Source: Vicugna vicugna
Taxonomy: Eukaryota
Direction of reading: 5' to 3'
Assembly (NCBI GenBank): GCA_013265495.1
Contig: MU058213.1
Span: forward strand, 5,351,149 to 5,415,148
DNA: 64,000 nucleotides
Below, piece after piece: positions 24,048-38,381 of this stretch (position 1 is its first letter; each line of letters opens with the position of its first letter). The position numbers and the translations under genes are program-made. The notes under the pieces were generated by a model, which saw only the letters and a program-made list of their open reading frames with translations, ran no database searches and was not told where the DNA came from.

Positions 24048-27000
24048 AGAATCAAATGATTTTCAACAAGAATGCCTAGACAATTTAATGGGGAAAAGAA
24101 TCGTCTTTTCAAGAAACAGTGCTGAAACGACTGAATATTCTGCATATCCCATATGCAAAAGAATGAATGTGGATCCATATCTTATAAGATACACAAAAAT
24201 TAATTCATAATGTATCAAAACCTCTAAATGTAAGAGCCAAAACCACAAAACTCTTAAAAGAAAACAGACATAAAACTTTATGACCTTGGATGAGACAATG
24301 GTTTATACCAAACGCATAACCAACCACAACAGAAATATATAATCTGGACTTCATAGGAATTAACTTTTGTGTTTCAAGGATACAGTTGAGAAAGTGAAAA
24401 GACAGTCTACAGAATGGGTGAAAATAGTTGCAACCACATACCTGATAAGGAACTTTTATCCATAGTGTATTTTAAAAAACTACCATAGCTCCCTAATAAA
24501 AGGACAAATAAACTAATTTTAAATTGGCAAAGGACTTACATGTATGTTCCTCTGAAGAAGATATATAAATGGCCAATTAGCACATAGAAAGATGCTCAAA
24601 ATAATTAGCCATTAGGAGATGCAAATGCAAAACAATGAGACGCTACCTACTTAAATGGCTATAATAAAAAAGATGGATCATAACAAGAGTTGGCGAGGAG
24701 GTACAGAAATTGGATTCTTCATATATTTCTGGGAGGAATAGGGCATGGTACAGTTGCTTTGGGAAATAGTCCTTAATACTTATGTGGATTAACCATAAGA
24801 TCCAGGACTATATTCAAAAGAACTGAAAATATATGTCCACACAAAAACTTGAATATGACTATTCATAGAAGCGTAATCCATAGTGGCCAAAATGCAACCC
24901 AAATGTCCATCATCTGATGGATGGATAAATACAATGTGGTATCTCCATACAATGGAACATTATTTAACAATAAAAAGAAATGAAGTACTGATACATGCTA
25001 CAATATGGATGAACCTTGAAAACAATTTGCTAAGTGAGAGAAACCAGACACAAAAAGCCACATATAGAATGATTCTATTCATATGAAACGTCCAGAATAG
25101 GCAAATCCATAGAGACAGGAAGTGGATTTTCAGCCCCAGGTTGACAGGGGCTGGGGGAGAGGAAATAGGGAGTGACTGCTAATAGTTACCAGGTTTCTTT
25201 TGGAGGTGCTGAAAATGTTCTGCAATTAGATGTACCACTCTGTGAATAATTTTAAAACTACTAAATTATATACTTTACAAGAGTGAATTTTATAGTATGT
25301 GAGTCATTTCTCAATGAAAAAGAACGTTATGACCATTTGAAGAGCAATCTGGAAGCACTTAGCGATACTAAATATGTGTACCCCTATGATTCGGCAGTCT
25401 CATTCATGTCTCTACACTTCTGATAATCAGGTGCAGAGGGGCATGTACGTGGGGATGTTTATTGTGTTCTTTTGACAGCAAGATTTCAGAAATAAGCTGG
25501 AAGCCCATCACTAGGGAAATAGATAAATAGTATGTGGTGGATATGTACTATCAAACTCCACGTAGCTGTTAGCAACAATGAGCCAGATGGACATCCACAC
25601 TATAAATATAGAAACAGTGTTGAGTTAAAAAAATAAAAAGAAACAGAACAAGACCTATAGCAAGTGCCATTTATGCAAATTGAAAACACATAAATACAAT
25701 ATATTCTTCAATGATATGTGCAAATGCAAGCATATAACATCTTAGAAGAGCTACCAGTGGTAGGAGGGGAGACTGACAGTAAAGACTCAGGAGGAGGGGG
25801 GAAATAATAAAATGAAGAAAGAAGCAAAGCCAAAGACATGCAAATGCTGATAATATGCCATGACTGGAAAGTATAAATAACTCAGCTCTCTGCCCTTGAG
25901 GTCCAAAGAGAGAAAGGAGGAAGGGGGCAGGGCAGGGGGGCAGGAGGGCACAAAGAAGCTAGCTCACATACACCCCAGAATTTTAACAGAGATTTTCACC
26001 AGGAGGTGGGATTGTGATGGAGTTTACTTCTCCATCTCTTTAAAAATTTTTTTAAAAATATTTTTTAGTTTTAAAAGATTTTAAAATGTCAAATTCTTAA
26101 ATGGCTTTTGAGTGACACCTAAGGGCACCTTGATAGTACAGACAGCCAGAGAATTATAACCAGTACCATTCCCTTGGGTCATTAAAGTGGATTAAAAATT
26201 AGTGCCCCATGAAGTGTAACCCATCACTGCCTCTCTCCATTCTTATCAGATCTGTCCTAGCCTTAAATTGACATTTTGAGTACTCAGAAAGTCACCAACG
26301 ACCTAGATCCCACCCAGCTGTAGTCAAATATTGTCATCCTGCTGAAAGGAAGGCATCTGATAAGATTTCTGACTAGCCTTACAATAAGGTCATCTCACAA
26401 AAGACTCGGAAATGATGAAAAAGAAGGGCTCTTTTTAATTCAGGATTTAATTCAGGACGAGCCGGAAGAACTGGATGGGATGAGCAAACGTCAGGAATTT
26501 TGGAGGATAACTAAGTTCCTTGCTTGGCTCCCTGCCGGGGCAGGACAATAACCCCCACAGCTGGGCCACCTGATAGTACTCATACAGTCAACTCAAACCC
26601 AGGATCTGGTACCACCGACTCTGGAGGTGGGTCTGTACTTTCTGGTCTCTCACTGTGTTGGCCTGGTGCCTGGTTCTATGACTTGGTAGCCGGGTTCTCG
26701 CGTCTGCAATCCTATTTCATTTCCCTTCCTGGTGCCTTAGCTCCCCCATGACTAGGATGCACTCCTGCTTCTCCAAGTCTGCTCCCTAACCCTAGATCCC
26801 ATGACTTCCTAATGTTGTCTGGTTTCCTTCCCCATTCTGCAAGACCTAAAGGACCTCTGAGTCTGGCCCCACCCACTCCTGGCGATGAAAGACCTATGCA
26901 AAAAGACAGAACAAAGGTGTGGTCCCAGAGGGTCTGTCTGATGGCGGCTGGAGCCCCAAATATGTTGAGCTATGCAAATCTGGGGCCGAAAAAATGTTCC

Positions 27001-27269
27001 AGTTGGGCACGGGGATGGCAGACACATTTTAATCAATATTTTGAGCAAGAAGAACAAAAAAGAGATAGGCCCATAGCCTTAGGCAGATGGTTAATGTTAG
27101 CAGATGGCAGATAGAAGACAGTACTATTTTTATTTTTATTACATTCTTCAACACAGTGCCAAAAGACTAGGGATAGGCATGTGTTATTCAAATTTTCAGA
27201 CAAATGAAAAGAAAGAGGTCAGTTTTAGAAACTACAGATTGAGCAACTTATCATGACAATAATAAAACG

Positions 27270-27510
27270 GTAAGAGTAATGAAACCCAGCACGTGGTGAG
27301 TTAGTATATGCCAAGCATGGTGCTGTCTACAGTCCACACATTACCTCATTTTAATCATTACATCAAACCTACGAAGAAAGTGTTCTTATCCTCATTTTAC
27401 AGATGAAGAAACTGATGCTCAGAGAAGGTGGGAAACTTGCCTTAGTTCACAGTAAAAATAGCCAAGATTTCAACCCAGGTATGTTTGACGGCAAAACTTG
27501 TGCTCTTCAA
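27270..27510 (-). mobile_element. MIR SINE relic
   Basis: 'ctcattttacagatgaagaaactgatgctcagaga' MIR core. Confidence 0.75.
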
Positions 27511-27599
27511 ATTCTGAAAGAGACTGCTCATGACTGTGCAGGAAGTAAAGGTGTTCATTAGGAGCCCACATGAGTGGATTAATAACCAGTCATGTCAGA

Positions 27600-28500
27600 C
27601 TAAATTTAAGCCACATTATTGGACAGTTTTACCCAGAAAGTTCAGGAAAAGGCTAGAGACCAAATATTCCTTGACTTAGGCAAAGCACGTTGTCTGCAAT
27701 GTCACTGTGAACCAAAAAAGAAGAAAAGCAGCTTGGTGAACAACAGATTAAATAGACTCATAGCTAGAGTGATCACTTCCGGAAAGCACTGCCCGGTCAG
27801 TGGAACAAACCTACTCAGCAGAAGGACTGTAGTATCCTGCCAAGGGACCCTGAATCTTCCCATCCTATTCAATCATTTTGTCAAAGACTTGCATAAAATA
27901 TGTATGGCATGCGTTAACTTGCAGAGGACATGAGTGATAATTATTACATTGGAGAACAGATTTGAACAGATTTTTTTAGCTGGAATGACCATTTCCTAAA
28001 AGTGTTGTTCAATTAATGTATCTACACCTACTCAGAAGGAAATCCTTGGTGTCCTGAAAATAGATTGAATTTGCCTGGTCCTATTCATCTATTTTATCAA
28101 AGATTCTGATAATATATGTACGATGTATTTGTCAAATTACAGAGGACACAAGAGATAATTACTATATTAGATGACAGAACTGAATTTTTTTCTAAAAATC
28201 TCATCAAGCTAGAATGATGAATCACAACAGACAATATGAAAATTACCAAGAAACACTACCCCACCCCCCGGAAAAAACCCAAAGTCCTTTATTTAGGTCC
28301 ATAACATCACTTAGGAAGACGTTGGAGGGAAGGTACCAAACAGCCACTCAGACACGAATGCCAGGGATTCACAGTTGGCCACACGTTGGCTCTGATGATG
28401 CAGTTGCCAAATATAAATTAAATTCAGGACAGTGTTAACAGTGTCAGGACAAACAGAGGCTCTATTCATTCTTCCCTCAGCACTAGACATACCAATGGTG
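27600..28500 (+). mobile_element. CR1/L3 LINE reverse-transcriptase relic
   Basis: ORF 27619-27933 has QIFLDLGKA and PILFNHFVKDL, degenerate forms of CR1 RT motifs YLDFSKAFD and PVLFNIFINDL. Confidence 0.6.
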
Positions 28501-28524
28501 TTTCTGGGAATATTTTTTGAATGG

Positions 28525-29030
28525 GTTGTTTCAAGTTATCTATTGCTGCCTAACAAGTCACACAAACTTAGTGGCTCAAAAAAAGTTTACTCTTATCTCT
28601 CATGATTCTCTGTGCTGATTGGGTTCAGATGTGTGGTTCTTCTGTTGATTTTGCTTAGAATCTCTCTTGCAGTGGCAGTCAGACAGTAGCCAGGGCTGGA
28701 GTACTCTGGACCAGAGTCCTCTATGGCCAGGACATGCAAGATGGGTGACATCACAGAGCTGACACCTCAGCTCTCCTCCACGTGGCATCTCATCCCCTGG
28801 GACCTTTTCTTGCCAGCAGGGTAGCCAAAGGTCTTACATGGAGGCCAGCTCCAAGAGCACAAAGGTAAAAGTTGTTGGTCTTTCTTAAGTCTTAGTACCA
28901 AAACTGGCACAGCCACTCCTGCCCATTTTCTGGAGGCCAAAGGGCAGCCAAACCCCAGTATGAGAGGGACTACCGAGGATGAATACCAGGAGGTATCATT
29001 CATTGGAGGCCATCTTTGGGGTCCATCAGT
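28525..29030 (-). mobile_element. Old MaLR LTR (MLT1-type)
   Basis: 'agttatctattgctgcctaacaa...aaacttagtggct' is the reverse MLT1 3' end. Confidence 0.65.
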
Positions 29031-29429
29031 GGAGGACAACCAGGTTTATAATGAACCTTGTTCTAAAATTTATGTATAACATGAAGGATGAATAAAGTTG
29101 GGGATTTTAGCATAGACATAATGTTCATTTTATAAGTTCACAACAGTTGTTTTCAAATTCTTGAAAGACTGTATACAAAACAGGGCTTAGATCTATCCTA
29201 TAGAGCTCCAGGGAACAAAATTAGGACTAGACGTAGGTTTTAACTCAATTGCTACGTACCCACTTTGCAGGGATATGGAGAGAAGTTTTTGTCAGAGCAG
29301 GAAGCCACACTAGTAGCCTCTAAGGCCCCTTTCACCTCTCAGAAGCTAAGCCTCTAATTACCCTCCTCGTCCTGTTAATTATTAGTCCCATCTCCTCAGC
29401 GAGGTTTTAAATTGGAGAAGCTGGATGAG

Positions 29430-29705
29430 GGAATAAAAAGATTTCTGGACTAGCTTATAGTCTTAGTTCTGCCAACAGTCATCTGCTGCTGTGTGACTTT
29501 GGGTTAAGTCACTTAGCGTCCCTGGACCTCAATTTCTTCATCTCGAAAAAGAAGGGGTTGCATTCGAACTTCTCTCCCAGCACAAAGTAAGGATAATAAA
29601 TGGAATCTTTGATAGGGTTACTAAAGAATGAAATGGAAATTAAAGATACAAAATACATTAGGTAGTGCCTGGCCTATTGTCAGTCCTTAATAAATATTAG
29701 TTCTC
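29430..29705 (+). mobile_element. MIR SINE relic
   Basis: 'gctgtgtgactttggg...aagtcacttag...cctcaatttcttcatct'. Confidence 0.7.
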
Positions 29706-31939
29706 ATTATTTCCATGATTATCATTATGTTTTCTGATTCTGTAATCCCCAAGTATGTAACAGAATCTTGAGTTGCTTTAGACCTTCACTTCTTTGTCTC
29801 TGCTTAATGGTGATCAAAAAGTGACTCATGATCATTCCTAGTCTGTCTCCTCACCAGGTAACCAGAAATCCACCATTCCCTTGTACAGGGCAAGCCCTCC
29901 ATAGGCAATGGAATTAAATCTTTAAGTGGCTTGGGAGGCAAATGTGTTCTTTTGCTCCATGGCCAGCAGAGGGAGCCAAAGAAAAGGAACAAATCCATTT
30001 TCAGATTAGGTACCAAACACGGGGAAGACAGAGGGGCAGAGCCTTTCAAAGTCTCCTCTTTTCCCCCACCCCGTCCTCATTTTAAACATTGTGAAACTCA
30101 AGTCAAGACAGGAAAAGGGGTTTCCCAAGTTTACCAACTAATAAGTACTTAAGTCCTCAGAAAAACAAGCCTGTGTTCTCAGTCCTAATTCTTGGGTCTT
30201 TGACCCATAGTCCTTTATTATGTGTTTTCACGTTCCTTTATTGCTCTTCAAGGACATCAGCTGTAGATTACTGCAAGCTAACATTCTCTTTGGTCTCTGA
30301 CAGTATAGGCTTTGAATACTGGCTCTGCTCCTTTGTCAACTGTGTGACCATTGATAAGTCACACAGCCTCTCCAAGATTCAGAATCATATATTGAGATAT
30401 TGAGAATGGCTATAAGAGTTGTTGGGAGGAGTAAATAAAATGATGTAAAGGAAAATGCCTTGTGGCATTTTACACCTTGAATGCACAAGGTGCTTTCCTA
30501 GATATAAATACCTATTTTTGTCAAAAGAAATTATTTTATCTAAATGAATTGAAACTGGATAATGTAGGTCTCAAACTCAGATGCTTGCCATTTAAATAAA
30601 GCTGCCTAGATAGGCAACAGGGACTTCCAGGGATTGTAGCAAATCCCAAGTTCATCACCATGGGAGACAATCAACCTTTATGAGGAGGAAATTCAAGCCC
30701 AGTGTTGCCAGATCTTCCAATATGTCAAGAGAAATTGGAAATTTGGGTTTCTATGTGCAAATTTCTGATTTTTTAAAAATACTGTACAGACCAAATAAAA
30801 TCCAGGCCAACAGCTCGTTATGCCTGCTTTGAAAGTTAATTTTAGGGCTCCATATGCAGACACGCAACATACTAGAACTGAGGAACTTGGTCCAGTAAAT
30901 TCAGGAGAAGAAATGATGTCTCTCATTTGGAGGGAGTGTGCTAGTAACACGCACCCACAGGGTTGTTTTTCCGAGAACCTTACTCAGCAAACACGTCAAA
31001 CCCCTGGTGATTATTTTGTAATCTCCGTATATCCTCCAGCTTTTCTTGATGTCTTTAGCTTTTCTGCCCACTCCATGCCCGATGCCATTTAAGTTGCCAC
31101 AGTCTTCCTGGTTGACTACAAATTATACATTCCACACTGATACATTTTTTTTCTTTACAAGGTAGAAAATAACATTTCACAATTTTATATATAATATTCA
31201 TTTTTATTTAACAGCTACTTTCATTAGATATTTATTGAAAAAAGGTTCATTGTAAGCAACAACTAGGTGGGGTAGAAGGGTTCAGCATCTGGAATTTTTA
31301 ATATCAAACTTCCAGTACACATTAAAAATATAAATCATTTTGTTCCAGTCAATGAAGAAAAATGAACTGTGGGCACATCAGAGTAGGAAAGAGAAAATGC
31401 CACATTAAATGAAAATGAACAAAAGGAGGGGGGCGGTATGAACTAGCTGAACAGTTCAGTCCAAACTTCTTAAAGATCTTTGAGTTGTTTTCATTTCCTT
31501 ATCTGGACAAGCGTAAGCCCTGTGGCTTTTGCTCAGTTCCCATAGAACACCTCCACCACTACCTCCCTTCCTTTGGGGCAGAGGGGCTGACTGGGAAACG
31601 GGTTTATTTTTCCTTGGTTCACTATCTTGTAAATGTTCTTGGGCAAATTCGGCCTAGTGGTTTTATGTATAGGTTGGTGTGTTTCAGGCTACCTTTTGGA
31701 GATTGTGGGAAGATACTGCCCTGTATATGGCCTTTTGTTTAGAACAGAGGATTCCAATTAGCATGGCCCAGATATGATTATGTTGACTTGGACAACATCA
31801 CAATCACATCTAAAAAAATGGCAGCAGTTCCACACAATCTAATATGTAGTTCAAATTCGCATTTCTACAACTGTGCTCAATTCTTGGACTGATTGTTGTT
31901 TTTAGCCTTTCAGCCTTCAGAGTTTCAAAATAGTGAACA

Positions 31940-33320
31940 CCAACAAACTTTTGGTCAACTAATCTTCGACAAAAGAGGCAATATACAATAAGACAGTCTC
32001 TTCAGTGTTGGGAAAACTGGACAGCAGCATGTAAAGCAATGAAGCTAGAACACTCCCTTATACCATACACAAAAATAAACTCCAAATTGATCAAAGACTT
32101 AAACATAAGACAAGATACAATAAACCTCCTAGAAGAAAATATAGGCAAAACATTATCTGACATACATCTCAAAAATGTTCTCCTAGAACAGTCTACTCAA
32201 GCAATAGAAATAAAAGCAAGAATAAACAAACGGGACCTAATTAAACTTAATAGCTTCTGCACAGCAAAGGAAACCATAAGTAAAACAAAAAGACAACTTA
32301 CAGAATGGGAGAAAATTTTTGCGAATGAAATCGACAAAGGCTTGATCTCCAGAATATATAAGCACCTCATATGACTAAATAAGAAAGAAACAAACAACCC
32401 AATCCAAAAATGAGCAAAAGACCTAAACAAGCAATTCTCCAAGGAAGACATACAAATGATCAACAGGCACATGAAAAAAATGCTCAGTGTCACTAATTAT
32501 CAGAGAAATACAAATCAAAACTATAAGGAGGTATCAACTCACACCAGTCAGAATGGCAACATTCAAAAATCCACAAATGAAAAATGCTGGAGAGGCTGTG
32601 GAGAAAAGGGAACCCTCCTACACTGCTGGTGGGAATGCAGTTTGGTGCAGCCCCTGTGGAAAACAGTATGGAGATTCCTCAAAAGACTAGGAATAGACTT
32701 ACCATATAACCCAGGAATCCTGCTCCTGGGTGTATATCCAGAAGAAACCCTACTTCAAAAAAACACCTGCACAGCAATGTTCATAGCAGCACTATTTACA
32801 ATAGCCAAGACATGAAGACAGCCTAAATGTCCATAAACAGATGACTGGATAAAGAAGAGGTGGTATATTTATACAAAGGAATACTATTCAGCCATAAAAA
32901 CCGACAACATAACGCCATTTGCAGCAACATGGATGCTCCTGGAGAATGTCATTGTAAGTGAAGTAAGCCAGAAAGAGAAAGAAAAATATCATATGATATT
33001 GCTCAAATGTGGAATCTAAAAAACAAACAAACAAAACATACATACAAAACAGAAACAGACTCATAGACATAGCATACAAACTTGTGGTTGCCAAGTGGGT
33101 GGGGGTTGGGAAGGGATAGACTGGGATTTCAAAATGTAGAATAGATAAACAAGATTATACTGTATAGCACAGGGAAATATATACAAGATCTTATGGTAGC
33201 TCACAGAGAAAAAAATGTGACAATGAATGTTTTTATGTTCATGTATAACTGAAAAATTGTACTCTACACTGGAATTTGACACAACATTGTAAAACGATTA
33301 TAAATCCATAAAAAATAAAA
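31940..33320 (+). mobile_element. 5'-truncated L1 of the young family (ORF2 C-terminus, 3' UTR, A-tail)
   Basis: High identity to 44251-45649; 13-bp TSD aaaatagtgaaca (31927-31939 and 33321-33333); contains stops and frameshifts. Confidence 0.95.
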
Positions 33321-33874
33321 AAAATAGTGAACAGTGCTTCTCTCTCTCTCTTTTCTTTGTTTAAATTTATTTACATTAACTTTTTGAGGAGTTCAGTTAT
33401 TTTGTAGAATGTTTCACACATGCTGGACAAGGCGGACTGTTTCTTCATGGTGTGGTTCAACATCCTCTTCTATTCCTACATTTCCTGTACTCTGAAAGTT
33501 AGGTCTTGCAACTTGATCAGATTCAGGTTAGACATCTCTGGCAAGATGTTTCTTAGACAGTTTTGTGTTCTTTATGTTGCATCACACCAAGAGCCACATA
33601 ATAATATCAGGCTATGCCAGTATCTGTGAGGTTAAGTTTGGTCCCTTAGTTAAAGTGGTCATGGCCAGATCTCTCTGGAGTAAAGGTACATTTTCTTCTC
33701 CTTCGTCATTAGTAATCTGTGAGTTAAAATTTTGATGCCATAAGAATAAACCTGTAACCCAACTATTTTAGCATCCATAGAGTTCATCCTTATGTTGGGC
33801 TTGCAAGGGCTGCCTCGTTTTATCCTTACTTCTGTATTTATTACCTGGCACTTTTCTGGAAAAATGAGCTTCCC

Positions 33875-33990
33875 TTTTATTCTTTCTTTTCTCTTTCTTC
33901 TCTCTGTTTTCTCCCTCTCTGTCTCTCTCTCCCTCTCTCTCTGTCTCTGTCTCTATCTCCCCGAACCCTTTCCTTCTCCCTGCCCTTCAT
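33875..33990. repeat. CT-rich simple repeat
   Basis: Direct reading. Confidence 0.8.
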
Positions 33991-35878
33991 ATTACTACGG
34001 TCTCAGGAATTTCATATATATTTAAATGTATTATAATCAGTTACATTCTTTATTCTTTTTGATGTCCAAATGGTTTCAAATCTGGCGGGACGGGCCCTTT
34101 TAGGATGGATTCTGTATCCTTTTTATAGGAACACACTGGTTTTTAACTTCCTCTTTAATGTCTATAAAATATTTCTGACTCATTTCATATTTGTCTTCCC
34201 CAGAAATGGATTCAGCCATTCTCCAAGGAATTCTGTTTATTTTTAATGGAGAATGATGTTCACATCAAGATCAGGGAAGCAGGTGTGCTCATTGCAACTA
34301 AGTCTATTACTTGTAAACCTTTTCAAGCGGGCAAGGCTAGGACAGTAGAAACAAACAAATAATCCAGAACTCATGTATTTAAATTTAATATAAAAGTTAA
34401 AAAAACCTTTTATTTTCTATTTTAATCTTTTTCTCTTAAAATCTTAATTCCTAATACTATTACAATATCTACTTATGTGCTTTTCTCTACAATATTTACA
34501 TATAGTTTCAAAATTATAATCCTAACATTACTAATAACCAATAAACATACTAAAACTTTAGTTGCCATTGAATTCTGTTGTTATTCTTAGAATAGATTCC
34601 ACTAAGGGAATCTAGTCAGCCAGAGTTCTGACACCAAATTTTACTTGAATCAATTATTTTCTCTGTGTAGTTATTTTATCAATATGATATACAGCTACAT
34701 TCATTTGGTTTTTTTTTTTATTGTACTCCAATTTATGGTTTGCTTCTTCCCATTCTTGTATTTAATTTTGCAGGTATATAAAATACTCATCTCCTCCCAT
34801 CTTCATTCCCTCCACCCCAGTCCCACCGTATCCCGTACAGATTTTATTAGTTTCTGGTTTATTCTTCCTATATTTGTTTTTGCAACACACACCCCCGCCA
34901 CACACATTTTCCCTTCTTTGTAGACAAAGGATATCCTACTATACACGTTTTTGTACGTTGGTTCTTTCATTTAACAACCTATCCTAAGAGTTACTCCAAA
35001 TCCATTCATAAAGATCTTCCTCACTATTTTTTCATGTACCGCTAGGTATTTTCAAAGGCATATTTACAAACTGAGACTTCAGGAAACAAGAACCAGTAAG
35101 TACTCGGCACTATAATGGAAGATTTTTAAGTTGGGAAGACTTAGAGATCAAGTGAACCCATTTCTCCACTTTACGGCTGTGGAAACTGAGGCTCAGAGGG
35201 GCAAAATGACCTACCCCATGTAGCAGATGCTGGGCTGGGCTGCCCGTACATCCCTTCAGGACTGAAGAACTAATCCCCGCTGCCAGGAATGCTGCCCGCT
35301 GAGAGCCCGCTGCTGGCACTCCTTATTGGGAGTGCCCTGCTGTGGAAAGAGCGCCTCAACAGAGACCCCACTCCTCTCTAAGATAAACCTGCATGCAAAG
35401 ACAAGCTGATGTGGGGGGAATAAAGCCCCGTCCCCTTGTCCCAGCTTAGGGCAACTCTGAAGGGCCACCCCAGCGCCAGGGCTCTCATGGTGCAGGCTAA
35501 GCCCTTGTGACTGTCTCCCGGCCCAGCTTCTCCTCTGTCCAGTCCTGCGTCCTCCCTCTCCAGGCTTTCATCCCAAGGGCATGCCCTAGTAAACCCCCTA
35601 CCACTGATCTCCACCTCACGGTCTGCATCTTAGGGAACCCAGCCGGAGACACTCAAAGTCATCCAGTTATGACTAGAATCAAAACTGGACACCATACTCC
35701 TGACAATAAACCTACTACACTTCACTATATCATATCACCTTCGAGTTCTTTATCAATTTACTTAACTGTTAAAAACACTGGTGCCACTAGTCAAAACTTC
35801 TGGGGCAAAAGAAACTCTATCTTTAGAGTTACTTGCCATCAAAGATAATACTTTATTTTTGCTTTATTTAAAACACGA

Positions 35879-38204
35879 TGTAGTTCTGATTCGCATTTCT
35901 CTAATAGTTAGCAATGCTGGGCATCTTCTCATGGGCCTGTGATCATTTGTCTGTCTTCTCTGGAGAAATGTCTATTTAGGTCTTCTGTCCATTTTTTAAT
36001 TGGATTGTTTGGGTTTTTTTTTTTGACATTGAGCTGTATAAGCTGTATATTTTGGAAATTAAGTCCTTGTTGGTAGCATTGTTTGCACATATTTTCTCCT
36101 ATTTTGTAGGTTGCCTTTTTGTTTTGTTTATAGTTTCCTTTGCTGTGCAGAAGCTATTGAGTTTAATTACGTCTCATTTGTTTATTTTTGCTTTTGTTTC
36201 CATTACTTTAGGAGATAGATCCAAAAAATTATTGCTGTGATTTATGTCAAAGAGTGTTCTGCCTATGTTTTCCTCTAGGAGTTTTATAGTATCCAGTCTT
36301 ACACTTAGGTATTTAATCCATTCTGAGTTTATTTTTGTGTGTGGTGTTAGAGACTGTTCTAATTTCAGTCTTTTGCATGTAGTTGTCCAGTTTCCCCAGC
36401 ACCAACTGTCGAAGGGACTGTCTTTTCTCCATTGTATACTCTTGCCTCCTTTGTCATAGATCGACCATCAGTGTGTGCATTTATTTCTGGGATTGGATTT
36501 CTGTCCTATTCCATTGATCTATGTGTCTGTTTTTGTGCCAGTACCATGTTGTTTTCATTATTGTTGCTTGCAGTATAGTCTGAAGTCAGGGAGCATGATT
36601 CCTCCAGCTCCATTTTTCTCTCTAAAGATTGTTTTGGCTGTTTGGGTTCTTATATGATTCCGTACAAATTTTAAAACTTTTTGTTCCAGTTCTGTGAAAA
36701 ATAGCATAGGTAATTTGATAGGGATTACACTGGGTCTGTAGATTTCCTTGGGTAGTATGGTCATTTTAACAATAGGATGCTTTCAACGCAAGATCATGGT
36801 ATATCTTTCCATCTGTGTGGTCTTCAATTTCTTCCATCAGACTCTTAAAGTTTTCCGAGTACAGGTCTTTTTTTCTCCTTAGATAGGTTTATTCCTTGGT
36901 ATTTTATTCTTTTTGATGCAATGGTAAATGGGATTGGCCCCTTAATTTCTCTTTCTGATATTTCATTGTTAGTGTATAGAAATGCAAGATTTCTGAATAT
37001 TAATGTTGTATCCTGCAACTTTACCAAATTCATTGATGAGCTCTGGTAACTTTCTGGTAGCATTGTTAGGATTTTCTGTGTAGTATATCACGTCTTCTGC
37101 AAACAGTGACCGTTTTACATCTTCCTTTCCAGTTTGGGTGACATTTATTTCCTTTTCTTATCTGACTGCTGTGGCTAGGACTTCCAACACTATGTTGAAT
37201 AAATGTTGTGAGAGTGGGCATCCTTGTCTTGTTCCTGATCTTAGAAGAAATGCTTTCAGCGTTTCCTCATTTAGTACGATGCTGGCTGTAGGTGTGTCAT
37301 ATATGGCCTTTATTATGTTGAGGTATGTTCTCTCTATGCCCACTTTATGGAGAGTTTTTAATCATTCAAACAGAGCTTGAATTTTATTAAAAGCTTTTCC
37401 TGCATCTATTGAGATGATCATATGGTTTTTATTCTTCAGTTTGTTAATGCAGTGTACCTCATTGATTGACTTCCAGATATTGAAACATCCTTGCCTCCCT
37501 GGGATAAACCTCACCTGATCATGGTGTATGATCCCTTGAATGCATTGTTGGAATCGACTTGCTAGTATTTTGTTGAGGATTTTTGCATCTATGTTCATCA
37601 ATGATATTGGCCTGTAATTATCTTTTTTTGTGATACCTTTGTTTAATTTTGGTATCAGGTTGATGGTGGCCTCATGGAATGAGTTTGGAAGTGTTCCTTC
37701 CCCTGCAATTTTTTTGGAACAGTTTTGAAAGGATAGATGATAACTCTAAATGTTTGGTAGAATTCACCTGTGAACCCATCTGGTCCTGAACTTTTGTTTG
37801 TTGGGAGTTCTTTAATTACTAACTTAATTTCAGTACTGGTAATTGGCCTGTTCGTAATTTATATTTATTTCTGGTTCAGTCTTGGGAGATTGTGGCTTTC
37901 TAACAATTTGTCTGTTTCTTCTACATTGTCCATTTTATTGGCATATAGTTGCTCATAGTAGTCGCTTATGATCCTTTGTATTTCTATGGTGTCAGTTGTA
38001 ACTTCTTTTTCATTTTCTATTTTACTGATTTTGGTCCTCTCCCTTTTTTTTTTCTTGATGAGTCTGGCTAACGCGTAACCGATTTTGTTTATCTTTTCAA
38101 AGGGCCAGCTTTTAGTTTTATTGATCTTTTCTATGGTTTTTTTAGTCTCTATTTCATTTATTTCTGCTCTGATCTTTATGATTTCTTTTCTTTTACTAAT
38201 TTTG
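35879..38204 (-). mobile_element. Inverted 5' segment of an older L1 (degraded ORF2)
   Basis: Minus-strand ORF fragments [52 protein letters not shown]. Confidence 0.92.
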
Positions 38205-38357
38205 GATACCACTTCACACTGGAGAGAATGGCCATCATCAAAAAGTCGATTAATAATAAATGCCAGACAGGGTATGGAGAAAAGGGAACCCTCCTACACC
38301 GTTGGTGGGAATGTAAATTGGTACAGTCACTATGGAGAACAGTATGGAGGTTCACTT
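38205..38357 (+). mobile_element. Non-inverted segment of the older L1, part 1 (interrupted by the full-length L1)
   Basis: gataccacttcacactggagagaatggccatcatcaaaaag..., ORF2 cysteine-rich region on +. Confidence 0.85.
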
Positions 38358-38381
38358 AAAAACTAAAATTAGGAGAAGAGG

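Larger units (their letters stand above)
22270..25890 (+). mobile_element. Nested cluster of degraded old L1 ORF2/3' UTR pieces (L1MB-like about 22790-25320 inside an older L1 relic)
   Basis: Frameshifted ORF2-like segments (RT region near 22800-23350, C-terminal region 23700-24800) and an L1MB-type 3' UTR near 24830-25320. Confidence 0.75.
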
